64,000 nucleotides of DNA from contig OX597818.1 of the NCBI GenBank assembly GCA_951406725.2, forward strand, positions 49,600,001 through 49,664,000. Reading direction: 5' to 3'. Positions within the stretch are counted from its first letter, which is position 1. Each line of letters begins with the position of its first letter. This document shows positions 24,406 through 36,689 of the stretch, one piece after another. The notes beneath the pieces were generated by a model. It did not search any database. It worked only from the letters and a program-made list of their open reading frames with translations, and was not told where the DNA came from. A program made the translations under genes and the position numbers. This DNA comes from Octopus vulgaris (taxonomy: Eukaryota).

Positions 24406-24507
24406 GCTACTTATAGCATTGCAGTATTGAGATATTCTTGGAAAATTTTGGTATTGAGTACTGCTGAATGGCTTCCATTCCAGGAGATCTTTGCCCCATG
24501 ATTGTAT

Positions 24508-24722
24508 CTTTTATTTTTTACTTATTTCAGTAATTGGACTGCAGCCATGCTAGGGCACCATCTTGAAAAGTTTCAGGCAAAACAAATTGACCCCAATTCT
24601 TATTTTTTAAAGTTTAGTACTTATTCTATTGGTCTCTTTTTCCAAACTGCTAAGTTACAGGGACGTAAACACACCACCATTGGTTGTCAAGCGGTGTTGG
24701 GTGGACAAATATAGACACGCAA

Positions 24723-24789
<67 letters not shown>

Positions 24790-24963
24790 CACACATATAT
24801 ATATATACATATATATGATGGGCTTCTTTCAGTTTCTGTCTACCAAATGTCAGCCCGAGGGCATAGTAGAAGACACTTGCCCGAGGTGCCACGTAGTAGG
24901 ACTGAACCCGGAACCACGTGATTGTTAGGCAAGCTACTTACCACACAGCCACTCCTACGCCTA
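24508..24963 (-). mobile_element. SINE family A
   Basis: Family A head, body and internal microsatellite. Confidence 0.88.
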
Positions 24964-26119
24964 TGTATAGAACATATATCATCATCATCATCATCTAATG
25001 CCTGCGTTCCATGCTGGCTATGACAGGCTTCTACACAGTTTCCACCAACCAAATTTACCCATGGGGCTGCACAGTTGAACTGAATCTGAAATTAAGTGGT
25101 TGCAAAGCAAGCTCCTTAACCACACAGCCATGCCTGGTTGTACCAACAAATGTAGTAAATTGGCATTGGACAAAACTGCCTGTGGTATTTAGTTATGGTA
25201 CTATATGCTCTGAGTTCAGATCCCATTGAGGTCAACTTCGCTTTTCAATTTTCAAGCTTCAATAAAACAAAATAGGGCATCCTACTCATAAATGGAATTA
25301 TAATAGAAAACAACACAATAGTCTTCTGTTGTTCAAACTCTTTTCTGTCGGCTGATAAATCCTGGCAATGTTTGAAGTAAATGTGATTTAAAATATAATG
25401 TTTATCTACATCATTTTGCTATGTTTGTTCATTTCTAAATTTTTCAATTATCGTTTTTTTATTATTATTATTATTATTCTGCAGCTCTGTTTGTTAATTA
25501 ATTGATCATATCTATATTTTGCACAAAAAAAAAAACGAAAGGAAAAAAAGAACAAAAATAGTACATAAATAAATTTTTAAAAAAAGCAAGATGGCAAGAA
25601 TTCTTTTGAGAGATATTATTTTACAATTGTATTAAAAGTTTGAATGAGTTACATTCAATGGTTCGCTGGCACAATGGATGTTTTGGTATCATGATTTTAG
25701 TGAAAGAAGAAATGCCAAGACAAAGTGTACATAAAGAAAATTAATCTGTTCCTTTTTAAACAAGCTTTTTAGAAAATTCTGAACACGTATCCACAAAATA
25801 TTAAATGTGTAAATACCATAACAAAGACAATAAATATTTAAGGAATAAAACAATCCCCTCTTTGGGTAAATTTTATCTAAATTTCTTGCTTGTAGTAGTT
25901 CAAGAGGTTTTGGTACCAACAGAATCTTTAATTATGACAGTTCTCTGCTTTCAGTTTTCAGTTTACATTGTATCTTGGTGATTGCAGTTCAGACAATGTC
26001 ATTGTCTTTAGTACAAATAAACTATTATAATTAAGATTTCAAACATTAATCTTTTTATAAGTGTCTCAGCCTCTTAACGACTAACTTAATATTATACTTA
26101 ATGACCTAATTGAAAATGC

Positions 26120-26650
26120 TAAGCTTCCTTTGCAATCATATGACTTCAAGTTCAATCCTACTGTGCTCCACCTGGGGCAAGTGTCTTTTATTGAAGCCTT
26201 GTGTCAACTAATGCTTTGTGGGTGAACCTGATATACAAAAACTGAGTGCCGGTGGCACGTAAAAAGCACCCACTACACTCTCGGAGTGGTTGGCGTTAGG
26301 AAGGGCATCCAGCTGTAGAAACTCTGACAGATCAAGACTGGAGCCTGGTGCGGCCGTCTGGTTCGCCAGCCCTCAGTCAAAATCGTCCAACCCATGCTAG
26401 CATGGAAGGTGGACGTTAAACGATGATGATGATGATGATGAGTAGAAACCTGTCATGTGTGTGTGTGTGTGTGTGTGTGTGTTCTGCTTGACAACTGATG
26501 TTGGTTTGTCTATATCTCCATAACTTAGCAGTTTGGCAAAAGACCCTGATAGACTATGTACCAAACTTTAAAAATAAGCACTGAGGTCAATTCATTTGAC
26601 TAAAACCCTTCAAAGTAGTGGCCCAGCCTGGCTGCAGTCCCATTACTGAA
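26120..26650 (+). mobile_element. Older SINE A copy interrupted by a family C copy (26246-26440)
   Basis: The family A body resumes after the (GAT)n tail of the C element. Confidence 0.8.
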
Positions 26651-26652
26651 AT

Positions 26653-26812
26653 AGAGTGGCTGTGTGGTAAGTAACTTGCTTGCGAACCACATGGTTCTGG
26701 GTTCAGTCCCACTGCGTGACACCTTGGGCAAGTGTCTTCTACTATAAGCCTCGGGCCGACCAAAGCCTTGTGAGTGGATTTGGTAGACGGAAACTGAAAG
26801 AAGCCCGTCCTA

Positions 26813-26883
<71 letters not shown>

Positions 26884-27105
26884 GTGTGTGTATATGTTTG
26901 TGTCTCTGTGTTTGTCCCCCCTAACATCGCTTGACAACCGATGCTGGTGTGTTTACGTCCCCATAACTTAGCTGTTCGGCAAAAGAGACCGATAGAATAA
27001 GTACTAAGCTTACAAAGAATAAGTCCTGGGGTCAATTTGCTCGACTAAAGGCGGTGCTCCAGCATGGCCACAGTCAAATGACTGAAACAAATAAAAGTGA
27101 TAAAG
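26653..27105 (+). mobile_element. SINE family A, full length
   Basis: Near-consensus copy. Confidence 0.92.
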
Positions 27106-27597
27106 TCTCTCTTTAAGAATGTGTGACACATAGTACATACTTTCTCAGTAAAGCTGGAAAAGGATTGTCTCAGTTTTGGTTGTCATTGACACCTCTATCT
27201 TAAGTCAATAGCTTGCAGAATAATATTTCCTTGGTGATTTCCTTTCACTTACTTAAAAACTTAATTCTGTATTAAACATGAAGAGTGAATGTTTTAATTA
27301 GACAAATATAACCATACTCATTAGACCACTAAATTAGGTTTCGTACAGCTTTGTATAAACTAATAATAAAATAATTACATCTGGGAAGACTTAATTTAGA
27401 AGCTATGAGAAAATTTATCTTTAAGTGACAGTGAAATTTCTACCAATGTCTGATTACTCAGGAAATACAAGTAGAGATACAGGAAATCTAACTATGTCTA
27501 CGGGACAGTTCTCATGCTATACAAGATTAGTTTAGACTTGTCACAAATCAAACCAAGTACAAATACAATGAAATAAAGACACTCCTTTCAATCTATG

Positions 27598-27654
<57 letters not shown>

Positions 27655-27803
27655 AACTTTAGTAATTTGTTATTTATTAAAATATGTTGAGAGTTAAGAA
27701 ACACTTCAACTGGAAATTTTCAAATTTTCGGTTTTTTTGTTCAGAAAATTAAATAGTTCATATTCACGTTTAATTGCTGATAGACAAGTTTATATGTGTA
27801 TGT

Positions 27804-27845
<42 letters not shown>

Positions 27846-27849
27846 TCCA

Positions 27850-28225
27850 GGTCAGAAGGATACCAAGAAGCAGATTACTCTGGAAAAGAAGGATTTGGAA
27901 GCTTCATATGGTCAGAGATTTAGGGATAGCCTAATTGAGAAATTTGGTTGGAGGGAGGAGGAGCCCCAGTTGTGACATAGAGGGTAACTGAGAATTCCTG
28001 TGGCACAGCTTTCTGAGTTCCACAGACCAATCTGTAGCTGGTGCAAAGTCCCATCAAGACCTAGGGTGACATGGTGGTGGAACGGTGTTGTAGACAGGGC
28101 CATTAGAGCAAAGAAACAGGCCTAGAAGTGTGGGGGTAGCAGGGAACTGTATCAGATAGCCAGAAGGGAAGCTATGAGACAGGCACATCTAGCCAAGGGA
28201 GAAGCAGAAAAGAAGTTTGCCAGTA
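27850..28225 (+). pseudogene. RTE-clade LINE ORF fragment
   Basis: The translation includes RVTWWWNGVVDRAIRAKKQA and RELYQIARREA, typical of the EN-RT linker (WW motif); disrupted by stops. Confidence 0.7.
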
Positions 28226-28400
28226 GCACATAAAAGCATCCATTATATTCTCAGAGTGATTGGTGTTAGGAAGGGCACCCAGCCATAGAAACCATTCTGA
28301 ATCAGACTGGAGTTTGGTGCAGCCTTCCAGCTTGCCAGCCCTGGTCAAACTGTCCAATCCATGCCAGCATGGACTGCAGAAGCCAAATGATGATGATGAT

Positions 28401-28456
<56 letters not shown>

Positions 28457-28499
28457 GTATGTATATGTGTGTGTATGTATGTGTGTGTATATATATATA

Positions 28500-29369
28500 T
28501 GAGGTAGTATCAAAAGATTCCCGGGCTAGTTATGTTTAATAAAAAATAACTTATTTACCTAAGTTTTAACATCATCTCCTTCGAAATAGTCACTGGTCCC
28601 AATGTTCCTGCCACTTTTAGAATCTAACCTGGAAGTCGTTTTCTGTTAGTGAGTCAAGGACTTTCTGTGATTCGTTCTGGATCTCAACAATAGTGTTAAA
28701 ACTGCAACCTTTGAACTACATTTTTATCTTGCAGAAAGGATGGAAGTCCACAGTTGCTAAGACTGATGAATAGGGCAGGTGTGGAAGTGATACCACGTTG
28801 TTTTTGGTGAGAAACTCAAGAATGAGGAGAGTTTGGGGAAGAATCCAATTCTTTGCGCTTCACAAATCTGGATGCTTTCACCAAATGTCCTCCCTCAGAT
28901 GCTTCGGAACATCACAGTGGAGCTCTCAATTGACAATCTGGCTCAGTGAGGATGAATTCTCGATGTACAATACCACATTTCTGGGGGTGACGCTTGTAGC
29001 AGGTCTTCTAGATCACTCATCGTCTTCCAAGGATGTTCTACTTTTGAAGCACCTGTGCCACTAGAAACATTGTGTATGACCCATTGCCTCATTGCTGGGG
29101 ATTTCCTGAAGCATGCTCAATGTCTCTGTAGCAGACTTTCCAAGTTTACCACAAAATTTCATGTTGGATCTTTGTTCCTGTCCATGACAAAATCACAGAC
29201 TACAGATCACAAAAATACAAATTTCACAACTTGTGAAGTAAACACAGCAATATCACTCAGCACATTGCCTCATGAAGGTCACTACTAGCTCTCATCACAA
29301 ATGCAACCATGTGCTGCCATCTGTTGGCATGCTACAGAACTACTCTGGGAACTTTTTGATACCACCTCA
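28500..29369 (-). mobile_element. Internally deleted mariner transposon
   Basis: TIRs tgaggtagtatcaaaagattccc and gggaactttttgataccacctca flanked by TA; decayed transposase sequence on the minus strand. Confidence 0.85.
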
Positions 29370-30026
29370 TATGTATATATATATGTGTGTATGTGTGTGT
29401 GCGGGTGTGTGTGTGTATGCATGCTCACACAGACACTCACACACACATACACTAAAGATCCTGTGCACCTACAAGTGAAACTCAGACTAGCATGATACTT
29501 ACTCTACCATACACGTACATCTATATGTACGCATGTGTGGTGTGTGTGTGTGTGTATGTGTGTGTGCGTGCGTGTGCGTTTGTGTGTGTGTGTGTGGGGG
29601 AGTGTTTGTTTGTTAAAGATTGTTGTAGTTTGCTTGCAGCAATGCAGAATATGTAAAAAAACAAATCAGTGTGTTTTAAAAGGGAATAGCAATGCAGATA
29701 AAACATTAAACATAGAAAATATCCATAGCAAAAATATCAAAATGTTAGCTTAAAAATGTTTCATTAATACTGATATTTCAGACCTTCCGAAGGCTTTAAA
29801 GAATGAGATATATATATAATGTGTCTTGTTTTTTGGTGCGTCAAATCCTGAGTTTTTATCTATCTCAGCAGCTCTCTGAAGCCTTTGAAAAAAGTGCTTT
29901 TGGCACTTTTTTGATATTACCTTGCATAGCAAATGCTTTGAATCTCATTTTTTAATTTGCTCTTCTCATATAAACATGTTAAGATTACTATTTTTTCATT
30001 AACCCTTTGACATCTCTAAATGTAGA

Positions 30027-30207
30027 CTTTACTCTTTTACTTGTTTCAGTCATTTGACTGTGGCCGTGCTGGAGCACTGCCTTTAGTCAAGCAAATCGAC
30101 TAGTACTTATTCTGTTGGTCTTTTTGCCGAACCGCTAAGTTACAGGGACGTAAACACACCAACATCGTTTGTCAAGTGATGTTGGTGGGACAAACACAGA
30201 CACACAA

Positions 30208-30252
<45 letters not shown>

Positions 30253-30427
30253 CACATATATACGACGGGCTTCTTTCAGTTTCTGTTTACCAAATTCACT
30301 CACAAGGCTTTGGTCAGCCTGAAGCTATAGTAGAAGACACTTGCCCAAAGTGCCACACAATGGGACTGATCCCGGGACCATGTGGTTCGTAACCAAGCTA
30401 CTTACCACACAGCCACTCCTACGCCTA
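30027..30427 (-). mobile_element. SINE family A
   Basis: Family A consensus match. Confidence 0.9.
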
Positions 30428-30700
30428 TCTATATATGACTATATTTAGTGACATTATACAAGACTGTGAAGGCACATGGCCTAGTGGTTAGGCTGTTGCA
30501 GTCATGATCGCTAGATTTTGGGTTTGATTCCCAGACCAGGTGGCACATATTCACAAAAATCTTATGCCAGTAAGCTACAAATGAAATATGAAGACTCTTT
30601 ATTAGAAATCGCCCCCTTTGGAACCCTCCAAAGTAAAGGATGAAATAGAACTCGTTTTCTCTTTCTCTCTCCCCCTCTCTCCTCCTCTCCCCCTCCCCCC

Positions 30701-30736
<36 letters not shown>

Positions 30737-30997
30737 TTTATGTATGCATACACATTAGTGTGTGTTATTGTCTCCTTGACATTGCATGATAGTTGTATCT
30801 TGAGTGCTTGTCACGTAAGCGTGTCCACCATTTCCAATGTTCCCTGAAAATGTTTCTAGTCATGGAGAAAATATTACCTTACTTGGAAACAGCTGAGGGT
30901 TGGCAACAGAAAGGGCATCCAGCCATAGAAAATCCACCTCAATGAATTCCATCCAACCCTTGCTAACATTGGAAAAGTGGATGTTAAAATGACAACG

Positions 30998-32400
30998 AGG
31001 TATGGCTGTGTGGTAAGGAGCTTGCTTCCCAACCACATGGTTTGGGGTTCAGTCCCACTGCATCGCACCTTGGCAAGTGCCTTCTGCTATAGCCTTGGGC
31101 TGACCAAAGCCTTATGAGTGGATTTGGTTGGCAGAATCTAAAAGGCGGTGAGCTGGCAGAGACGTTAGCATGCTGGGCGAAGTGCTTCGCGGTATTTTGT
31201 CTGCCGTTACATTCCGAGTTCAAAATCCGCCGAGGTCAACTTTGCCTTTCATCCTTTCAGGGTCGATAAATTAAGTACCAGTTACACACTGGGGTCAATA
31301 TAATCGACGTAATCCCTTTGTCTGTCTTTGTTTGTCCCCTCTGTGTTTAGCCCCTTGTGGGTAATAAAGAAACAGAAACTAAAAGAAGCCTATTGTATAT
31401 ATGTATGTATGTGTGTCTTTGTGTGTCTTTGTATCTGTGTTTGTCCCCTGCCACCACCACTTGACAAGTGGTGCTGGTGTGTTTATGTCTCCATAAAAAA
31501 AATCAAATGGAAATTGTAGTTGTGATACCTGTGCTGGTGGCACGTAAAATGCACCATCCATATGTGGCCGATGCCAGAGCCGCCTTGACTGGCTTCTATG
31601 CCAGTGGCACATAAAAAGCACCAACCATTCGTGGCCATTGCCAGCCTCCCCTGGCACCTGTGCTGGTGGTACGTAAAATGCACCATCTGTACGTTGCCGA
31701 TGCCAGCACCACCTTGACTGTCTTCCGTGCCGGTGGCACGTAAAAAGCACCGACCGATCGTGGCCGTTGCCAGCCTCCCCTGGCACGTAAGATGCACCAT
31801 CCATACGTGGTTGATGCTAGCACTGCCTTGACTGGCTTCCGTGCTGGTGGCACGTAAAAGTACTGACCGATCGTGGCCATTTCCAGCCTCCCCTGGCACC
31901 TGTGCCGGTGGCATGTAAAAAGCACCATCTGTACGTGGCCGATGCCAGTGCCGCCTTGACTGGCTTCTGTACCGGTGGCACGTAAAAAGCACCAACTGAT
32001 CGTAACCGTTGCCAGCCTCCCCTGGCACCTGTGCCAGTGGCACATAAAGAGTGTAGTGGCATCCACTACACTCACGGAGTGGTTGGCGTTAGGAAGGGCA
32101 TCCAGCTGTAGAAACACTGCCAGATCAGACTGGAGCCTGGTGCAGCCTCCTGGCTTCCCAGACCTCGGTCGAACCATCCAACCCATGCTATCATGGAAAA
32201 CGGACATTAAATGATGATAATGATGATGATAACTTAACAGTCCAGCAAAAGTACAACAAACGAAACCAGTAGAATAAGAACCAGGCTTGAAAAAAATAAG
32301 TACTGGGGTCAACAAATTCGGTTAAAAATTCTTCAAGGCAGTGCCTCAACATGGCCACAGTCTAATGACTGAAACAAGCAGAAGATAAAAGATAGAAGAT
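30998..32400 (+). mobile_element. SINE A split by SINE B (31143-31372) and by a family C element (about 31500-32230)
   Basis: Family A segments at 30998-31140, 31372-31495 and 32230-32400 are collinear. Confidence 0.85.
31527..32050 (+). repeat. Alternating 67-bp/62-bp tandem array within the family C element
   Basis: Units start at 31539 (A), 31606 (B), 31668 (A) and 31735 (B), and so on for about 4 dimers. Confidence 0.9.
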
Positions 32401-32787
32401 TGTTGAGTTTCATTGAGATTGTTTGACCTTCCAGACCTAAGCAAGTCTTCTGTTGAGCCAGTAGCTTTAACCCCTTCCTTGGTGACTCTTTTTGGAGAAA
32501 ATGTTTCATTTTCAGACAAATTTTTTCTATCAGACAATTTTGTACTCTCACCTGATATATCCAAGCTTCTAATAGAAGGTTCATACTCATTGTCATCTTC
32601 TGAGCTTGACATCTGGGCATAATCTGTAAAGAAAGAAACAGATGAAAACCAAGAAATGCCAAGAATTGACATATAAACTCGTCTGTGGCTGTTTTTGAAA
32701 TTATATGTTTTGGATGAGTTTACTCATCGCACACTGAAGAAGACTTATTGGGTGAAGACAAGTTAACTTGTCTTTGCTGAGTAAGGG
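32400..32787 (-). mobile_element. piggyBac-like 5' end with an acidic N-terminal ORF fragment
   Basis: Minus-strand start TTAA|CCCTT; palindromes gacaagttaacttgtc and gatgagtttactcatc; ORF MSSSEDDNEYEPS.., truncated by SINE A. Confidence 0.6.
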
Positions 32788-32791
32788 TTAA

Positions 32792-33011
32792 CCCTTTCAT
32801 TACTGTATTTATTTTGAGATGCTCTCTGTTTCTTTCAATTACTTTAAATATAACAAAGAATTTAGTAGAATAACTTATTTATCATTCAGCTAGTGTTAGG
32901 GACATAAATTGTGACTAATGTTTGGCGGAAAATTTTAATTCAAAACTTATGAAAACAAGGCATTTGTACTCAGAGCCAGAGCCAGTTTCAGCCGGGTCTG
33001 TAACAAAAGGG
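32792..33011. mobile_element. piggyBac-type MITE (220 bp)
   Basis: TTAA|CCCTTT..AAAGGG ends; same family as 15948-16707. Confidence 0.85.
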
Positions 33012-33666
33012 TTTAATCACTTGAAAACATTGTGAATGTTGACATGACTAGAAGCATTCTGATTTTTTCATACTTCTGCATCATTTGAATTTATACTATG
33101 AATTCATTAGAGTGTGCCACTTCTAAGGGCAATTAACAATTCTCTCATCTTTTGATAAAAACTGAAAAATGTTCTCACTTGTCTCCCATTCTTACTTTAC
33201 TTATTGAAATATAGTGTTTAACATTCCTCACCAAATTACTATTTTTAGTTAGTTTTTTTTAAAATGTGTTCTATATTAAGTATGTTTGCACTGATTTAAT
33301 TATCATTTATTTATACCAGTCAATATTCAGATTAAATCATCTCTTAGTGTAGATTTGTCAATAAGTATATGTAATATACAAGGAAATTAATTCATATGAT
33401 GTGTTATGTAACTTTGCTTTATCCCAAGCTCCAAATGTAAACCACCAGATGATTTATTCCTAATAATGACTGACATATATAAACAGTCTGACCGAGATAA
33501 CATAGCAAGGAATGCACTGAAGCTAAATCACACCCAATTAGGTTGATTTGACATTCCTTCTGTTGTCAGATTGAACACTGTGACCAAAGCAATGGCACCC
33601 AAATGAGTACCCAAATGGTACACATTAGCTGGGTGCATTTTCTCTTTTCACATGTACCATGCCTAC

Positions 33667-33902
33667 AGGTGGCGAGCTGGCAGAAACGTTAGCACGCCGG
33701 GCGAAATGCGTAGCTGTATTTCGTCTGCCGTTATGTTCTGAGTTCAAATTCCGCCATGGTCGACTTTGCCTTTCATCCTTTCGGGGTTGATAAATTAAGT
33801 ACCAGTTACGCACTGGGGTCAATATAATCGACTTAATCCATTTGTCTCTCCTTGTTTGTCCTCTCTGTGTTTAGCCCCTTGTGGGTAGTAAAGAAATTGG
33901 TA
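33667..33902 (+). mobile_element. SINE family B monomer
   Basis: Near-consensus copy. Confidence 0.9.
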
Positions 33903-34251
33903 TTGACAATGATGGACTTCCTTACCAAAATCTGAAGATTTATGAATTTTCTTGAGAAAGATACAGCAATGGTTTTCTATTGCCACCTTCTGTTTTTTAC
34001 ACAGTTTACTCAGTCTTCTTCTCTTTTGTGCTTACTCTTAAGATACAGGGCCTTTTTTTAACCCTTAAGCAGGGTGACTGGTTCACATGATAATACACCT
34101 GTGGGCCTGTGTAATACATGGCTAGGAGCTAGCCCACCTCTAAATCCTGCTTACCTAAGTCATAGGGCCATCTTCTACCATTTGACACAGTACTAGGTCC
34201 CTTAGTAGGTACTAATGTCCCAGACAAGAGTGGACCTTTAGACTTCTAAAT

Positions 34252-34691
34252 CAGTGGTTCTCAACCATTTTCTGCGTATGAACTCATTTGATTCCAATTT
34301 TACTCTACTGGACCTATATAACCATTTTCTGTATATGTATATATATAGTTAATCCAAACATGAAAACACAAAGAGAAAACACAGCAACGTGGGGACATGG
34401 AACAAGTATAATGTTATTGGACGCTCAGAAAAGGAAAGAAAGAGGATTTAACGTTTCGAGCGGAGCTCTTCGTCAGAAACATAGGAAAAGGAAAGATCCA
34501 AGGAAGGAAATATATATTTATATATAAATCTTACTGTATTTTATTAATTAAATATCATTAGGAATTGCATTTAAAAAATTAAAATATTTTGTGTATTGTA
34601 AAAGTATAACCGATTTAATGCCCTTACATTTTAACAACAAAATCTTATATGGACCCTGGAGGGTCATGTTGACCCTGGCTGAGAACTACTG
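34252..34691. mobile_element. hAT-type MITE with a nested insert
   Basis: TIRs cagtggttctcaacc and ggctgagaactactg; 8-bp TSD ttctaaat/ttctaaaa (7/8 match). Confidence 0.82.
34447..34480 (-). ncRNA. Minimal type I hammerhead ribozyme motif (Penelope type)
   Basis: Minus strand: ttt-CTGACGA-a-gagc-tcc-gctc-GAAA-cg-TT-aaa. The core is intact and stem III is the palindromic aacgtt. Confidence 0.75.
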
Positions 34692-36468
34692 TTCTAAAAG
34701 TAGGTAGTCTGACTAATTTGTGAAGATTCACTCATCAGCACATTACAACTACATTCTCTGGCCTGGACATACTGTCTTTCTTCTCTGTCTCATCTATAAC
34801 TACTATATTGACCTCTGTTTGTTCCTCTTCTCTCCATCCCATTTGTGCTCTGGCTTACACATGCTAACTACTATGTCTAATCTATCCTATCTAGAATGTA
34901 AACCCTTTACAGAATTATCATCCTTCACATTCCCCCTACAAGGCTTTGATTTACGATGATGATGATGAACCTCAATTATAAGGATCTTAAGAGTCCCAAA
35001 GGGTCTACAAAGGTCAATAACATTGCTCTGTATTCTCCTGACTAAGCCATATATAAATGTAGAGTTGTAGACAGATTACAAACCTGAAGCCACAAGCTCA
35101 TAATTATTGATGCAGTAGATTGTTCTTAAGTTATTTTAATATCATAAAATGACATTGTAAAAATACCAGAAATTAAAATCACTTTCAACATGATATAATG
35201 GTTATGTTATTTTATGAACGTGTATTAAAATAATTACTACAATAAATTAATTATCTAGACATTCATTTAGATAGTGTTTCTCAACATTTTCCCTTCAGTG
35301 TCAAGTCTTAATCTGGGGCACTTAAGTTTCTATTTCAAACAAAAGTATGCTGTTTGTTCCTTCTCAAGCCTGGCTCATAGGGCTGGTTTCCCGGTTTCCT
35401 TGGCATATAGGATTCCCCACCTGGACAGAACGCCAGTCCGTCACAGGTGGAATGTCTTTTTTTATGTATTTGAGTGATTGTGTGGATATGTGTGAGGTCT
35501 GTTCAAAACGAAACCCAACATTTTAAAAAGCAAATTTTCCTTTACAGGTGCGATGCCAGTGCCATGTTAAATTCATTCAGTCTGGAGCTGTATAAACACA
35601 CTTGTGATGGTGGAATGTAAAAAGGGTTGAAGAAAGAGACCCTTGCCCTGGGTGCTGCACAATGAAATTGAACCGAAAACTGAGACCATCTGGTGTGAGA
35701 ATTGAAACCACGATCTAGCAATCATGAGTGCAGCATCGTAACCACAAGGCCATGCACCACCATGCACCCCTTTGTATTCCCTAACAGTTCTGCCTATCCA
35801 CTACCCCAGACTGGTGCTTTATTTTATCCAGGATGGATGAAAAGCAAAGTTGACTTCGGTAAGATTTGAACTCAGAACTTTTAGCGGGAATGAATGCTGC
35901 AAAGCATTTTTGCCTGATGCTCTAAGAACTCCACCAATTTTCTGCCTCTGTTTGGAACAACTTAACGAAAGGTTCTTACATAAATTATGATGGTAGGTTT
36001 TAATTTAAATAGCAATACTTTAAAATGGATAGTTTTGTATCCTGGAACCAGAGGCAGTGACAGGCAGGTTAGTATTAAGAGTTTGTGTGTGTGTTGGTAT
36101 GAGAGAGGCACTGAGGAAGAGAAAGATAGTGAGAAGAAGAGAGAATAAAAGTGAGAAAAACAAAGAGTGAACAAGAGAGAGAGAGAGAGAGAGAGATTTA
36201 GAATTTTCAAAACAGTTTCATTCAATCAAGATATGCAAGTGTTTATTCTACATTCAGGAAATGTACCGAACACTTGTGGGAAAAGTAGGAAGACAGATGT
36301 TTGCTGATTATACATGTAAAAATATATTCAACAAACTACAAGGGATTTGAATGTACCAACTTAATATTTCATCACATACTTTGTCAGTGACAAATTATTT
36401 ACTAAATGGGAAGAAGCCCAGAAGGACTAATATTTAATTTTAATTTTCCATTCTAAATATCTCTTTAA

Positions 36469-36689
36469 CCCTTTAGTGTTTGCATTATTCTGCCAGAATT
36501 AATGCTTTTTCATCCACATTGTCTTGAACTAATCAGGCATTATCTTGTATCTTTGAGATTTTGGTGAGGTAGCTGTTCATTTTTAAAACAATATTGTAGG
36601 GTTGGTATGAGAGACTAGATCTGGCCAGTTTGAACATAAAACAGGTAGAATATTTTTGGCCGGATATGGCCAGTTTAAATGCTAAAGGG
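36469..36689. mobile_element. piggyBac-type MITE, second family
   Basis: TTAA|CCCTTTAG..CTAAAGGG|TTAA. Confidence 0.85.

Noticed and set aside
25261-26100. Possible 3' UTR or exon (AU-rich elements, acceptor-like site)
   Set aside because: These signals are too common in AT-rich DNA, and no linked coding exon was found.
29999-30027. TTAA-CCCTTT piggyBac-like end
   Set aside because: No matching opposite end was found after the adjacent SINE A.
31379-32315. Repetitive ORFs of 141-239 aa
   Set aside because: They are read-through of the family C tandem array; similar peptides appear at other family C copies.
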